Part shown: positions 40,143 through 49,287 of the stretch, in pieces
How positions within the stretch are numbered: position 1 is the stretch's first letter
Layout: each line of letters begins with the position of its first letter
Source of the DNA: an uncultured Micavibrio sp.
GTDB taxonomy: Bacteria > Pseudomonadota > Alphaproteobacteria > Micavibrionales > Micavibrionaceae
NCBI GenBank assembly: GCA_964352375.1
Contig: CAYGSA010000001.1
Location: 26,714 to 90,713 of the forward strand
DNA: 64,000 bases
Reading direction: 5' to 3'
Notes under the pieces: model-generated
Told to the model about the DNA's origin: nothing
Databases searched by the model: none
The model's input: only the letters and a program-made list of their open reading frames with translations
Program-made: the position numbers and the translations under genes

Positions 40143-40820
40143 TTAATCTTCAGACTTTTCTTCTTCTTCACCTTCAGCAGCAACCTCTTCGTCTGGAACG
40201 ATACCATCGCCAGCTTCAGCAGCTGCAGCTTCTTCGGCTTCTTCCTGCGCCGCTGTTTTCGGCGGAACAAGTGTTGCGATTGTGAAGTCACGATCTGCGA
40301 TCACAGGCGTTGAGCCTTCTGGCATTAGCGCATCACTGACTTTTACAGCGTCGCCGTGCTCTTTGCCTTCAACGTTCACTTCGAGCGCGTCAGGGATTGA
40401 TGTTGCCGTGCAGAGAAGTTCCACTGTGTGGCGAACAACGTTAAGCGTCCCTTTACCTTCGATACTTGGGCATTTATCTTCGTTGATGAAATGCACAGGC
40501 ACGTTCACAGCGATTTTTGTTTTTGGTGTTACACGTAGAAAGTCGATGTGTTCAACAATATCTGTAACAGGGTGTAATTGAACGTCACGCGCAAGCACAA
40601 GGTGTTTTTCCTTGCCGACGGATAAATCACACAATGTTGTAAACATGTGGCCTTTGTTATATTCAACGTTAACAATATTTTCGTTTACAGAGATGTTGAG
40701 GGGGTGTTTTTTATCTCCATAAATCACTGCGGGCGTGCGGCCCTCGCGACGCAATGAACGTGCAATCCCCTTACCGGCGCGTTCTCTTGGATCGGCTTCT
40801 AAAGCATAGTTTTTAGCCAT
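40143..40820 (-). CDS. rplY: 50S ribosomal protein L25 / general stress protein Ctc
   Basis: Shows RERAGKGIARSLRREGRTPAVIYG...VQLHPVTDIVEHIDFLRV. It has an acidic C-terminal tail. Confidence 0.93.
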   Translation of the reverse strand: MAKNYALEADPRERAGKGIARSLRREGRTPAVIYGDKKHPLNISVNENIVNVEYNKGHMFTTLCDLSVGKEKHLVLARDVQLHPVTDIVEHIDFLRVTPKTKIAVNVPVHFINEDKCPSIEGKGTLNVVRHTVELLCTATSIPDALEVNVEGKEHGDAVKVSDALMPEGSTPVIADRDFTIATLVPPKTAAQEEAEEAAAAEAGDGIVPDEEVAAEGEEEEKSED

Positions 40821-40920
40821 GGTCTTTTCCTTTTTTATACGTTATGGCTCGCCTCCAGGGGTGCGAGTCCGTTAATGACACGGAATTAAGCAGATTTGCG
40901 GGGGGAATGCAATGTTTTTG

Positions 40921-41178
40921 TTAGGAGTCGCGAGTAAATTCAGGTAAATCATCACTATCTTGATGGTGTCCTAAATCACGACGACATTTACTATGATCAC
41001 AAGCACCTGCACTAGGATCACGTCTTTGGTCTAGATCGAAAGCACGAGCTAGTGCTGATAAAGAGCTACCTCCAGACAATGGTTCATCAGTTCTGCTTTC
41101 ATAGAGTTCTGCAGCTTTTCTTTCTAACTGGCCTACCAGACTTTCATCAATTGCTGGAAACCCTTCATTACCTGACAT
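40921..41178 (-). CDS. Small acidic hypothetical protein (85 aa)
   Basis: An ORF lies between prs and rplY. ATG 41178 is preceded by AAGGG. The protein is MSGNEGFPAIDESLVGQLERKAAELYESRTDEPLSGG...CDHSKCRRDLGHHQDSDDLPEFTRDS. No family was recognised, so coding status is uncertain. Confidence 0.35.
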   Translation of the reverse strand: MSGNEGFPAIDESLVGQLERKAAELYESRTDEPLSGGSSLSALARAFDLDQRRDPSAGACDHSKCRRDLGHHQDSDDLPEFTRDS

Positions 41179-41246
41179 AATCAACCCTTATTTTAAACTC
41201 ATTTTTGCATTTATAATATTTCACAGATTATTTTCTTATGCAAATT

Positions 41247-42179
41247 TTACCGAAACAGCTCAGAGATTGAGCGTTCTTCGCTTATGCGGCGGGCGGCTTC
41301 GCCGATAAGGGGGGCGATTGTAATTTGTTCAATGTTATGTGCGGTTTTCATTTCTTCTGTGGCTTCGATACTGTCTGTGATTACCAACTTTTTAAGGGGC
41401 GAATTTGTGACGCGCTCTACGGCTTGGCCAGAAAGTACGCCGTGCACGACATAGGCGTGAACCTCTTTTGCGCCTTTAACTTCGAGTGCGGCTGCAGCGT
41501 TACAGAGCGTTCCACCTGAATCCACAATATCATCAACCATGATACAAATTTTACCTTTCACCTCACCAATGACATTCATCACTTCCGATTCTCCTGCCTT
41601 TTCACGACGTTTATCGATAATGGCAAGGTCTGCGCCGATGCGCTTTGCAAGTTGACGGGCGCGGACAACGCCACCAACATCTGGGGACACAACGCATAAA
41701 GGCTGTCCGTTGAATTTTTTGTTGATGTCTGCAACGAAGACGGGGGCTGCGCTCAGGTTGTCTACGGGGATATCGAAGAAGCCCTGAATTTGCCCTGCGT
41801 GAAGCTCCAGAGTTAAGACACGGTCCGCGCCGGCGGCGGTAATGAGATTTGCGACCAGCTTTGCAGAGATTGGTGTGCGTCCGCCTGTTTTTCGATCTTG
41901 GCGTGCATACCCAAAATATGGAATGACGGCGGTAATTCTGCGTGCGGACCCACGTTTCAGAGCGTCAATTGCGATCAGTAGCTCCATGAAGTGGTCATTT
42001 GCGGGATATGATGTGGATTGGACAAAAAACGCATCTTTGCCGCGGACATTTTCCATGATTTCGACAAAAATCTCTTTGTCTGAGAAGCGGCGGATAGAAC
42101 ATTCAGTTAAAGGGATATCAAGAAAATTAGATATGCTTTCGGACAAGACAAGGTTCGAATTGCCGGAAATCAGTTTCAT
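41247..42179 (-). CDS. prs: Ribose-phosphate diphosphokinase
   Basis: Shows [13 protein letters not shown], the PRPP-binding loop [13 protein letters not shown], and 310 aa. Confidence 0.96.
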   Translation of the reverse strand: MKLISGNSNLVLSESISNFLDIPLTECSIRRFSDKEIFVEIMENVRGKDAFFVQSTSYPANDHFMELLIAIDALKRGSARRITAVIPYFGYARQDRKTGGRTPISAKLVANLITAAGADRVLTLELHAGQIQGFFDIPVDNLSAAPVFVADINKKFNGQPLCVVSPDVGGVVRARQLAKRIGADLAIIDKRREKAGESEVMNVIGEVKGKICIMVDDIVDSGGTLCNAAAALEVKGAKEVHAYVVHGVLSGQAVERVTNSPLKKLVITDSIEATEEMKTAHNIEQITIAPLIGEAARRISEERSISELFR

Positions 42180-42236
42180 GGTGCATCCCTTTTATATTTT
42201 TGATGTTCCCGCACTATAGAAAAAAACCCTGATAAA

Positions 42237-42983
42237 TCAAGGGGTTTTTTTCAGCATAATTGCAGAAATTTGCCGTCCATAGTCGGATTCACTCCTATGG
42301 GTTGTACGGCGATAGCTGTAGAATTCCACCTCGTTTTGATATGTATCTTGATGGATGATACTGACGGTTCTTGCCCCTGCCCGGCTGAGCCGCCATGCGC
42401 AATATTCGAGCAAGTTGAAATGGTTGTTGTTGGTGAAGAACTGCTGGCTCTCTCTATTTTCGGACAGGAAGGCGGTTTTAAACTCTGCTGAAACTTCATA
42501 GGATTTTACGCTGATGCAGGGCCCAACACACGCGGTTACAGTCTTTGCGCCCAGCGCCTGCATGGCTTTGATTGTATTATCGAGCACACCGTAAAGCGCG
42601 CCTTTCCAGCCGGCGTGTGCCGCGCCGATTACACCATCGCCGTGAAAAAGCACGGGCGCGCAGTCGGCTGTGAGGACAGATAAGGCTAAATTTACTTTGC
42701 TTGTGACAAGTGCGTCGGCCTTTGGGCGGTTTGTAAATGGAGCAGTTACCGTGACGACTTCTTGACTGTGGATTTGGTAAGGCCCAAGGAGATTTTCAGG
42801 AGTTGCACCAATGTCTTGCGCTGCGAGCGATCTGTTGTGGTTGACGTTGCCCTGATGATCGTCGGAGCCGAAGCCGCAATTTAACCCCTCATACATGCCT
42901 TCGCTGATACCACCTTTGCGGGTGAAGAAGCCGTATGAATGGTTTGTATGGTCAAAGTCTTCGTGTGTGTATGATTTTAACAT
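42237..42983 (-). CDS. pgeF: Peptidoglycan editing factor PgeF (YfiH/laccase-domain family)
   Basis: Shows YGFFTRKGGISEG, VLTADCAPVLF, and GAAHAGWKG. Confidence 0.88.
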   Translation of the reverse strand: MLKSYTHEDFDHTNHSYGFFTRKGGISEGMYEGLNCGFGSDDHQGNVNHNRSLAAQDIGATPENLLGPYQIHSQEVVTVTAPFTNRPKADALVTSKVNLALSVLTADCAPVLFHGDGVIGAAHAGWKGALYGVLDNTIKAMQALGAKTVTACVGPCISVKSYEVSAEFKTAFLSENRESQQFFTNNNHFNLLEYCAWRLSRAGARTVSIIHQDTYQNEVEFYSYRRTTHRSESDYGRQISAIMLKKTP

Positions 42984-43925
42984 TCAAAAGCCTGCGGGTT
43001 TTATACTCTCGCCTTTATAAAAGCATAAAACCTTAAAGAGTTCACCCATTTGATCAGGTGCAATGAGACGCAGTAGGTCTGCACTGACGTCTTTCTTTTT
43101 TGACAATGCGGCGGCGCGGTGTTTTATTCCTAGATTTAAAAGAAATTGTCTTTGTGTCGTTAGGTGGTTAGGGAGTTCTAATATGCGAGTTAGCGCATCA
43201 AAATCGACATGCGCAGTGAGATCGGCGTCTCCTGCGGTTTTTAGGGGATCGACATATTCGTGATTTTTAATCGCCTGGAGCGTATCTCCATGGTGTGATT
43301 TCAAATGCCCGTAATCTATGAACAAGGCTGCACCTGTTCTTTGCGTTAGATAGTTTTGGCATTGTTTTATAATGCTTAGACGTTCTGGGGCAACTTCGTA
43401 TATTTCGTTTGATTGTGTTGCTTGTGGGAGAAGTATGAGGAGTTCGTCTTCGGCCTTTTCCCAATCGAATGATTCATCGAGCACTCTTCGTTTTTGCCAG
43501 CCTTTGTCGTTGCGTTTTATTTGCTCTATGGGGAGTGCATCTAAGAATTCATTTCCTATGATGATGCAGGGATTTTTTGATTGAATGTCGTTTAATGTGT
43601 TTACCCATATTGCTTGGGGCACGGCGGTTTTTTGCTTTTCTTTTAAGGTTGGGCTGTTTTCGATGAAATAGAAATTTATGGTGGTTTCTTTGGTGGTCAC
43701 GCGAATAATATCAGCCATGAGAGTCCCTCTACCCGGGCCAAATTCGATGATATCAAGCTCTGGTTTTCCCATTTGCATCCAGAGGTCGACGATCCATATG
43801 CCAATCATTTCACCGAACATTTGGGATATCTCCGGGGCAGTTGTAAAGTCGCCCTCCACACCGAAAGGATCACGGGTGGCATAGTATTGTTCTACCGAGC
43901 GCTTCATGAACGCGCCAAGGTTCAT
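42984..43925 (-). CDS. Class I SAM-dependent methyltransferase, MidA/NDUFAF7 (DUF185) family
   Basis: Shows YYATRDPFGVEGDFTTAPEISQMFGEMIGIW and IIEFGPGRGTLM. The lgt-methyltransferase-pgeF order is common in alphaproteobacteria. Confidence 0.8.
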   Translation of the reverse strand: MNLGAFMKRSVEQYYATRDPFGVEGDFTTAPEISQMFGEMIGIWIVDLWMQMGKPELDIIEFGPGRGTLMADIIRVTTKETTINFYFIENSPTLKEKQKTAVPQAIWVNTLNDIQSKNPCIIIGNEFLDALPIEQIKRNDKGWQKRRVLDESFDWEKAEDELLILLPQATQSNEIYEVAPERLSIIKQCQNYLTQRTGAALFIDYGHLKSHHGDTLQAIKNHEYVDPLKTAGDADLTAHVDFDALTRILELPNHLTTQRQFLLNLGIKHRAAALSKKKDVSADLLRLIAPDQMGELFKVLCFYKGESIKPAGF

Positions 43926-44710
43926 AGTTTACCGCGTGTGGAGAGCCTTACCAGAATTGCACCCATGATGATCATTGGAATGCACAATATTTGCCCCATA
44001 GAGATAAAGCCAGCGATTAGGCCCAAATATTCGTCAGGTTCGCGGACAAACTCGACCAACATACGAAATAGGCCATAACCAATCAGGAAGACACCAGAGA
44101 CTGTTCCTGTTTTGACGTTCGGAGAGCGCATAAGAAGCCAAAGCATTATAAAGAGGACTAGGCCTTCGAGAAAAGCTTCGTATAGCTGGCTTGGGTGGCG
44201 CGGCGCTATTCCAGCGTTTGGAAATATTATTCCAGACGTTGTCCCTGTTACGGTGCCGTATAACTCACCGTTTATATAGTTTGCAATGCGCCCGAAGAAC
44301 AAACCTATGGGGGCGGCGGCGCAGACTATATCTGAGAGTTTGAACACGTTTACGTCTTTTGATTTAGCGAATATAAGCATGGCAGCCATGACACCGAGCA
44401 CTCCACCATGGAATGACATCCCTCCCTTCCATATTTTGAGGGCTTCCAGAGGTTCGGAGAGATAATAGCTAGGTTGATAGAACAGCACATACCCCAAACG
44501 TCCACCAACAATAACACCTACGACGGCCCATGTCAGGAAATTGTCAATGTCGTCTTTGTGGGGTCTGCCGCCTTTTTGAGCTGCTAAACGTAGGCAATAG
44601 CGCCAGCCTAAGAGAAAACCTGCAAGATACGCCAGTGCGTACCAGCGGATGACGAGTGGGCCAAGCGAAAAAGCGATGGGGTCAATGCTGTTTAGATAAT
44701 GTAAATCCAT
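43922..44710 (-). CDS. lgt: Prolipoprotein diacylglyceryl transferase
   Basis: Shows IRWYALAYLAGFLLGW, GGMSFHGGVLG, GRIANYINGELYG, and RHPSQLYEA. The start is set at ATG 44710. Confidence 0.93.
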   Translation of the reverse strand: MDLHYLNSIDPIAFSLGPLVIRWYALAYLAGFLLGWRYCLRLAAQKGGRPHKDDIDNFLTWAVVGVIVGGRLGYVLFYQPSYYLSEPLEALKIWKGGMSFHGGVLGVMAAMLIFAKSKDVNVFKLSDIVCAAAPIGLFFGRIANYINGELYGTVTGTTSGIIFPNAGIAPRHPSQLYEAFLEGLVLFIMLWLLMRSPNVKTGTVSGVFLIGYGLFRMLVEFVREPDEYLGLIAGFISMGQILCIPMIIMGAILVRLSTRGKL

Positions 44711-44854
44711 GTTTGTTAAATACCCTCTTGGCACCACAAAAGAAACCCCCAATTTCATACACAGTTCTATGCCCCGAAAAATAGTGAATCTGCTTGCGAG
44801 GGAGTTTTTTATCGTGTTAGTGATAAGCTATTCAAATTACATGAGGTTACCAAA

Positions 44855-45082
44855 GTGTCGCATAGAGAGCGCATTTTAGATGATGTTGCACGTATGGCTG
44901 GAGGAGCAGTTGGTGTTCTTTCGGATGCCAAAAAGCATGCGCAGGAAGCGGCTAAAGTTATTGCTCAGGACGCAGCACACTCTATTGATCTTGTGCCGCG
45001 TGAAGATTACGAATCACTGGAAACACTTGTTCATGACCTTATGGAACGTGTTGCAGCCTTAGAGAAGAAAGATAACGCATAA
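44855..45082 (+). CDS. UbiK/BMFP family accessory protein
   Basis: 75 aa. Shows ILDDVARMAGGAVGVLSDAKK...LVPREDYESLETLVHDLMERVAALE. GTG start. Confidence 0.75.
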   Translation: MSHRERILDDVARMAGGAVGVLSDAKKHAQEAAKVIAQDAAHSIDLVPREDYESLETLVHDLMERVAALEKKDNA

Positions 45083-45550
45083 ATGTTACAAGATAACCCA
45101 CTGGATAATGTAGAAGACTTGCTCAGTGATAATAACTGGGTGTATACACGCACTGGGCATGATGAACTTCATCTGGAAGTGCGCGGTACGTCTTGTGATT
45201 ATAATGTCATTTTCTTATGGCAGGATTCAATTAATGCGCTCCAGCTTGTCTGTGAGTATGATTTAGCCATTCACAAGAACAACATTACGAACGCTTACGA
45301 AGCAATTACGAATATGAATACGGCGTTGCTGATCGGACATTTTGAATTTCGCCGTGAGAATCCTCATCCACGTTTTCGCCACAGCTGTTTGATGCAGCGT
45401 GAAGATAATAAAAATATTGAAGATTTTGTAGAGCTTTCTTTGATGCAGTGCGAACAGAGCCAGCCTGTTTTTCAAATGCTTTCCAACGAGATGCCAGTTT
45501 CGTCTGACGTTTTGACTTTTGCGCTTATGGACACGCAAGGTGAGTCATAA
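45083..45550 (+). CDS. YbjN domain-containing protein
   Basis: 155 aa. Shows NPLDNVEDLLSDNNWVYTRTGHDELHLEVRGTSCDYNVIFLW, typical of alphaproteobacterial YbjN-like proteins. It sits between the ubiK-like gene and proC. Confidence 0.7.
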   Translation: MLQDNPLDNVEDLLSDNNWVYTRTGHDELHLEVRGTSCDYNVIFLWQDSINALQLVCEYDLAIHKNNITNAYEAITNMNTALLIGHFEFRRENPHPRFRHSCLMQREDNKNIEDFVELSLMQCEQSQPVFQMLSNEMPVSSDVLTFALMDTQGES

Positions 45551-46327
45551 ATGTATGCCGCTTTAATTGGATGCGGTAAAATGGGAGGCGCTATGGCGCG
45601 CGCTTGGCTTGATCAGGATGTTGTTACACGGCTTGATATTATTGACCCTGCGCCCTGCGGTATTGACGATACTCGCGTTATCCAGACCGAGGCGCTCTCT
45701 AGGGACGGTCAAGATATACTTATTCTTGCGGTTAAGCCACAGATTATTCGTGACGTTCTGGATGATGTTTCTCTTTCTAAAGACACACTTGTCCTTTCGA
45801 TTGCGGCGGGGCAAAGCCTTTCTACTTTACAAAGGCTGCTGGGTGATCATCAGCCGATTGTGCGTTCTATGCCCAATACTCCCGCTGCGATTGGCAAGGG
45901 CGTTAGTGTTTCGGTTGCCAATGCATACGTTTCTGATGTGCAGCGCCAGACTGCCGAACGATTTATGGCAGCGTGCGGAGATCATCATTGGATTGAGGAT
46001 GAATCGTTGATGGATGGTGTAACCGCGCTTTCTGGTAGTGGCCCAGCCTATGTATTTTACCTTATAGAATCTTTGAGCAAAGCGGGACAAGCCACTGGAT
46101 TATCAGAAGATTTATCCATCGCTCTCGCCCGTCAAACGGTGATCGGAAGTGCCTCGTTGGCAGAAGCGGATTCCGGCACGCCCGTATCCATTTTGCGTGA
46201 AAATGTCGCAAGTCCTCATGGCACAACTCAGGCTGGGCTTGATGTCCTTATGGATGGGCGCTTTGAAGATATTCTGACAGAAACAGTTCGTGCCGCGCAG
46301 AAGCGATCCATCGAGTTAAACGGCTAG
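45551..46327 (+). CDS. proC: Pyrroline-5-carboxylate reductase
   Basis: Shows LILAVKPQ, RSMPNTPAAIGKG, SGSGPAYVFY, and SPHGTTQAGL. Confidence 0.93.
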   Translation: MYAALIGCGKMGGAMARAWLDQDVVTRLDIIDPAPCGIDDTRVIQTEALSRDGQDILILAVKPQIIRDVLDDVSLSKDTLVLSIAAGQSLSTLQRLLGDHQPIVRSMPNTPAAIGKGVSVSVANAYVSDVQRQTAERFMAACGDHHWIEDESLMDGVTALSGSGPAYVFYLIESLSKAGQATGLSEDLSIALARQTVIGSASLAEADSGTPVSILRENVASPHGTTQAGLDVLMDGRFEDILTETVRAAQKRSIELNG

Positions 46328-46728
46328 TTATTGCGTGTTCCCAGACCAATATCTTTTGCGAGCTTGCTCCGTTTTTCGGCGTAGCTTGGGGCGACCATTG
46401 GGTAGTCTGCAGGCAAGCCCCAGCGTTCGCGGTATTGTTCTGGCGTCATGTTATAAGCTGTTTTAAGGTGGCGTTTTAACATTTTTAATTTTTTACCATC
46501 TTCGAGACAAATCAAGTAATCATCTGTAATCGAGCGCTTAATTGGGACTGCTGGCTGCGGACGGTCTGCGATGTTTAAACTTTCTGAGCCTGCATTGAAG
46601 AAAGCCTTGTAAACACGATCAATGAGAGGCGTCAAATCATCCGCGCTCACCTGATTATTTGATACATATGATGAAACCACATCTGATGTTAGTTCCATTA
46701 TAACTTCACGGCTAATTTCTTCACTCAT
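46324..46728 (-). CDS. mucR: Ros/MucR family transcriptional regulator
   Basis: Shows ITDDYLICLEDGKKLKMLKRHLKTAYNMTPEQYRERWGLPADYPMVAPSYAEKRS. Confidence 0.92.
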   Translation of the reverse strand: MSEEISREVIMELTSDVVSSYVSNNQVSADDLTPLIDRVYKAFFNAGSESLNIADRPQPAVPIKRSITDDYLICLEDGKKLKMLKRHLKTAYNMTPEQYRERWGLPADYPMVAPSYAEKRSKLAKDIGLGTRNN

Positions 46729-46851
46729 TATTACTTTTCCTCAAACAATGATTTACTTTAAAACTATAATTAAAACAACTCAATTTATTTGAATGTACAT
46801 TACACATCTCCACTCTAATCTCAAGTCATGAAAGTGGATATTGCGTATTTT

Positions 46852-47499
46852 TTAAGGTTTGATTTTTCTAGGAGCGCGTTTGGGGGTTCCTATTTCAGGG
46901 CCGCGAAGATAGATTGGCGCTGTGCTGGTTTCATTTGGGTTTTCTTCATATTGTTGTATGGCTAATTCCGCGATGGCTTGGGGCGATATCATTTCTACAT
47001 TTATAAAGCTCAATGTTTTTCTACTTGTGACTTCTCCTTGAAACCGTTGATTTGCGTTTCCTACTATTTTGCATTGTGCCCCCCCTATTCGATCTACTAT
47101 ATTTTCTGCGTCGAGGCATGTTGGCTCTTCGTCAAAAATCTGGACATAGTAATCGTGCCGTTTGGTTTCGAGCAGCGTTACGCAGGGAGTCTCTATGTTT
47201 GCTGTTAATCTGACGGCTTTTAATGTTGCAACGCCAACGACAGGCTTGTTTAGAACCATGCTTAACGTCTTTGCACACATGAGGCCAATACGCAGGCCGG
47301 CAAATGCTCCTGGGCCGCGTGTGACAGCGATGAGGTCTATCTCTTGATAGTAGCCTACGATTTCCTCAATCATGGGGACGAGTTGCTCTGCCTGTCCGCG
47401 TTCCATTTGGAGTGTTTTCTCAGCGAGCATGCCTTTTTTATAATCATATAAACCTACGACGCAGCCTTGCAAGGCCGTATCAATAGACAAGACGCGCAT
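46852..47499 (-). CDS. tsaB: tRNA threonylcarbamoyladenosine biosynthesis protein TsaB
   Basis: Shows MRVLSIDTALQGC...LIAVTRGPGAFAGLRIG. The start is set at ATG 47499. Confidence 0.88.
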   Translation of the reverse strand: MRVLSIDTALQGCVVGLYDYKKGMLAEKTLQMERGQAEQLVPMIEEIVGYYQEIDLIAVTRGPGAFAGLRIGLMCAKTLSMVLNKPVVGVATLKAVRLTANIETPCVTLLETKRHDYYVQIFDEEPTCLDAENIVDRIGGAQCKIVGNANQRFQGEVTSRKTLSFINVEMISPQAIAELAIQQYEENPNETSTAPIYLRGPEIGTPKRAPRKIKP

Positions 47500-47503
47500 G
47501 GGG

Positions 47504-48064
47504 TTAGTATATCTCAGAGGGGCGAACCTCAAGTACTTCTGGAATATAATGCTTGAGCATGCTTTCAATGCCTGATTTGAGCGTCATGGTCGAGCTTGGA
47601 CAACCCGCACAGGCGCCTTGCATCTGAAGATATACAATCCCGCCTTCAAAGCGTTCAAAGACGATATCTCCGCCATCCATCGCGACCATTGGGCGAACGC
47701 GTTCGTCGAGCAGCTCTTTGATTTGCGTAGTTATTTCATTGTCTTCCTCTTTTGGCTTTCGCGGGGCGGTGTTTATGTTTGTATCCAAAATTGGTTGATT
47801 TGTTGAGAGATGCTCCATCAACAATGCGAGGATCATCGGCTTTAACATTGACCAATCTGTGTCGTCAGCCTTGCTAACAGAAACGAAATCACTTGCGAGA
47901 AATACCCGCTTTACGCCTGTTATTCCGAATAAGCGTTTGGCCAAAGGTGATTTTACGGCATCTGCTTCGGATGAAAAATCCATTGTACCGCTTTCGAGAA
48001 TTCCTTGCCCAGGCAAGAATTTTAATGTTGCCGGGTTCGGCGTTTCTTCTGTTTGGATAAACAT
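47504..48064 (-). CDS. NifU-family Fe-S cluster assembly protein (Nfu_N + NifU_C)
   Basis: Shows MFIQTEETPNPATLKFLPG and a C-terminal GACAGCPSS CxxC motif. Confidence 0.9.
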   Translation of the reverse strand: MFIQTEETPNPATLKFLPGQGILESGTMDFSSEADAVKSPLAKRLFGITGVKRVFLASDFVSVSKADDTDWSMLKPMILALLMEHLSTNQPILDTNINTAPRKPKEEDNEITTQIKELLDERVRPMVAMDGGDIVFERFEGGIVYLQMQGACAGCPSSTMTLKSGIESMLKHYIPEVLEVRPSEIY

Positions 48065-48080
48065 TTTAATGCCCTCTATC

Positions 48081-48536
48081 TTAATCGTGTTCGCTGGGCA
48101 CGATCATAAGGGGAACTTTCAAACGTTCAAGCCCTTTGCCTGAAAAATAAGACACTAGTGCCCCTGGCTTCGAAGTATTAGAGGCTTTGGCCAAAACCAA
48201 TGCGGCAATGTTCGGATTTTCTTCTAGTGTTCTAAGGATGGTATCGCTACGATCTCCGTCTTCTATGCATACCATTGGAATTTTTTCTGTTTGCTCTATG
48301 ACTCGCCCTGCACCATCCCATATGGTTTGTTCGGCACGGCTGCGAAGCTCCTTATTTATTTGTACTTCAATATTTTGCCAGTTTTGAACGGGGCCTTTTT
48401 CGATGACGTACAACAGCGCGACGTAGCCATCTTCAGCATTTGCGAAATCAGCGGCGTAATCAATTGCACTTGTGCATTCCTCACTTCCATCGAGAACGAC
48501 AAGAAAGATGCCTTTTCTGTTTTTATTTACGGTCAT
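48081..48536 (-). CDS. Universal stress protein family
   Basis: 151 aa. Shows IFLVVLDGSEECTSAIDYAADFA...LVLAKASNTSKPGALVSYFSG...VPLMIV. Confidence 0.75.
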   Translation of the reverse strand: MTVNKNRKGIFLVVLDGSEECTSAIDYAADFANAEDGYVALLYVIEKGPVQNWQNIEVQINKELRSRAEQTIWDGAGRVIEQTEKIPMVCIEDGDRSDTILRTLEENPNIAALVLAKASNTSKPGALVSYFSGKGLERLKVPLMIVPSEHD

Positions 48537-48552
48537 TCACACACCTCCTACT

Positions 48553-49287
48553 CTATGGCCTTACCTTTAACACACTCACCAGCCATCCAGCAAAAATAGC
48601 AAGGAAAATACATACCAGCGCGTATAGTGTACTATATTTGTGCGCGACGTCAAAAATAAAGGCATTCAGACCAACCTGCTCGACCTTAAACATACTAATA
48701 TCATGCTGAATTATTTCACCATTTTGAAGAAGATAGCTGTGGATTTTGTAGTTTCCCGTTGGGGCTGCGGCAGGGACTTCGAAATGAACGCGGAAGAACG
48801 TATTGCTTAAGAACTTTAGTTCAGCGCTTTTAGCAAAATATACAGCATCGCGACGTTTTTTATCCTTCAGGGCGTCTTGAAACGTTTTAAGCTCTGTTGG
48901 GTTTTTTGTTTTTACGGGGTTTTCATCAAATAATGCATCATAGCCTATTCCGTTTTTGCGTAAAATTACTTGTGTTGTCTCTTTGTTTTCATCAAGACTT
49001 GTCGCGTATTGGTAATAACCGGGCATACTTTTGAAATTTACAGAGCTTGCATTCACCCACGCTCCGAGAATACGGGCTTTCTTCCATATATCGATACTGA
49101 CAGTTGGACCTTCGACAACAATAACAACATCGTGCTTTGGTTGCTTGCGACTCCCAAAGACCTCTATGGAAGAGCCCACAAACCCAACAGTTACGTCTAT
49201 CTTCTCACGAGCAGTTTGAGTGAAGAGCTCTTGTGATAGCGCCGGTTTTGAGATTATTAATATCAGCATCAGAAGCAACCTTGTCAT
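48553..49287 (-). CDS. TIGR02186 (Alph_Pro_TM) family membrane protein
   Basis: Signal peptide, then DVVIVVEGPTVSIDIWKKARILGAWVNASSVNFKSMPGYYQYATS, and a C-terminal TM helix. There is a 4-bp overlap with the upstream TauE gene. Confidence 0.7.
   Translation of the reverse strand: MTRLLLMLILIISKPALSQELFTQTAREKIDVTVGFVGSSIEVFGSRKQPKHDVVIVVEGPTVSIDIWKKARILGAWVNASSVNFKSMPGYYQYATSLDENKETTQVILRKNGIGYDALFDENPVKTKNPTELKTFQDALKDKKRRDAVYFAKSAELKFLSNTFFRVHFEVPAAAPTGNYKIHSYLLQNGEIIQHDISMFKVEQVGLNAFIFDVAHKYSTLYALVCIFLAIFAGWLVSVLKVRP

Noticed and set aside
40064-40291. N-terminal extension of pth (ORF-track start at 40291)
   Set aside because: The extension is a K/R-rich translation of the rplY 3' end and of the terminator region. 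Pth homologs begin at [11 protein letters not shown] (ATG 40063).
42220-42251. A7-CCC...GGG(G)-T7 symmetric element at the pgeF stop, considered as a bidirectional terminator
   Set aside because: The GC part of the stem is only 3-4 bp with an ~10-nt loop, and one arm lies inside the pgeF coding sequence. This is too weak to call.
42984-43925. Possible N-terminal truncation of the MidA/NDUFAF7-like methyltransferase (only about 25 aa precede the GDFTTAPE motif)
   Set aside because: An in-frame TAA lies two codons upstream of the ATG, and the gene is neatly coupled to lgt by a 4-bp overlap. A naturally short N-terminus is more likely than a disruption. I cannot judge further without an alignment.
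46758-46773. TTAA-N-TTAA motif upstream of mucR, considered as a CtrA box
   Set aside because: The spacer is 8 nt, not the 7 nt required for the TTAA-N7-TTAA consensus. In AT-rich DNA such matches are expected by chance.
47500-47568. N-terminal extension of tsaB overlapping the nifU-family gene
   Set aside because: TsaB homologs start at MRVLSIDT. The extension overlaps the upstream gene's 3' end.
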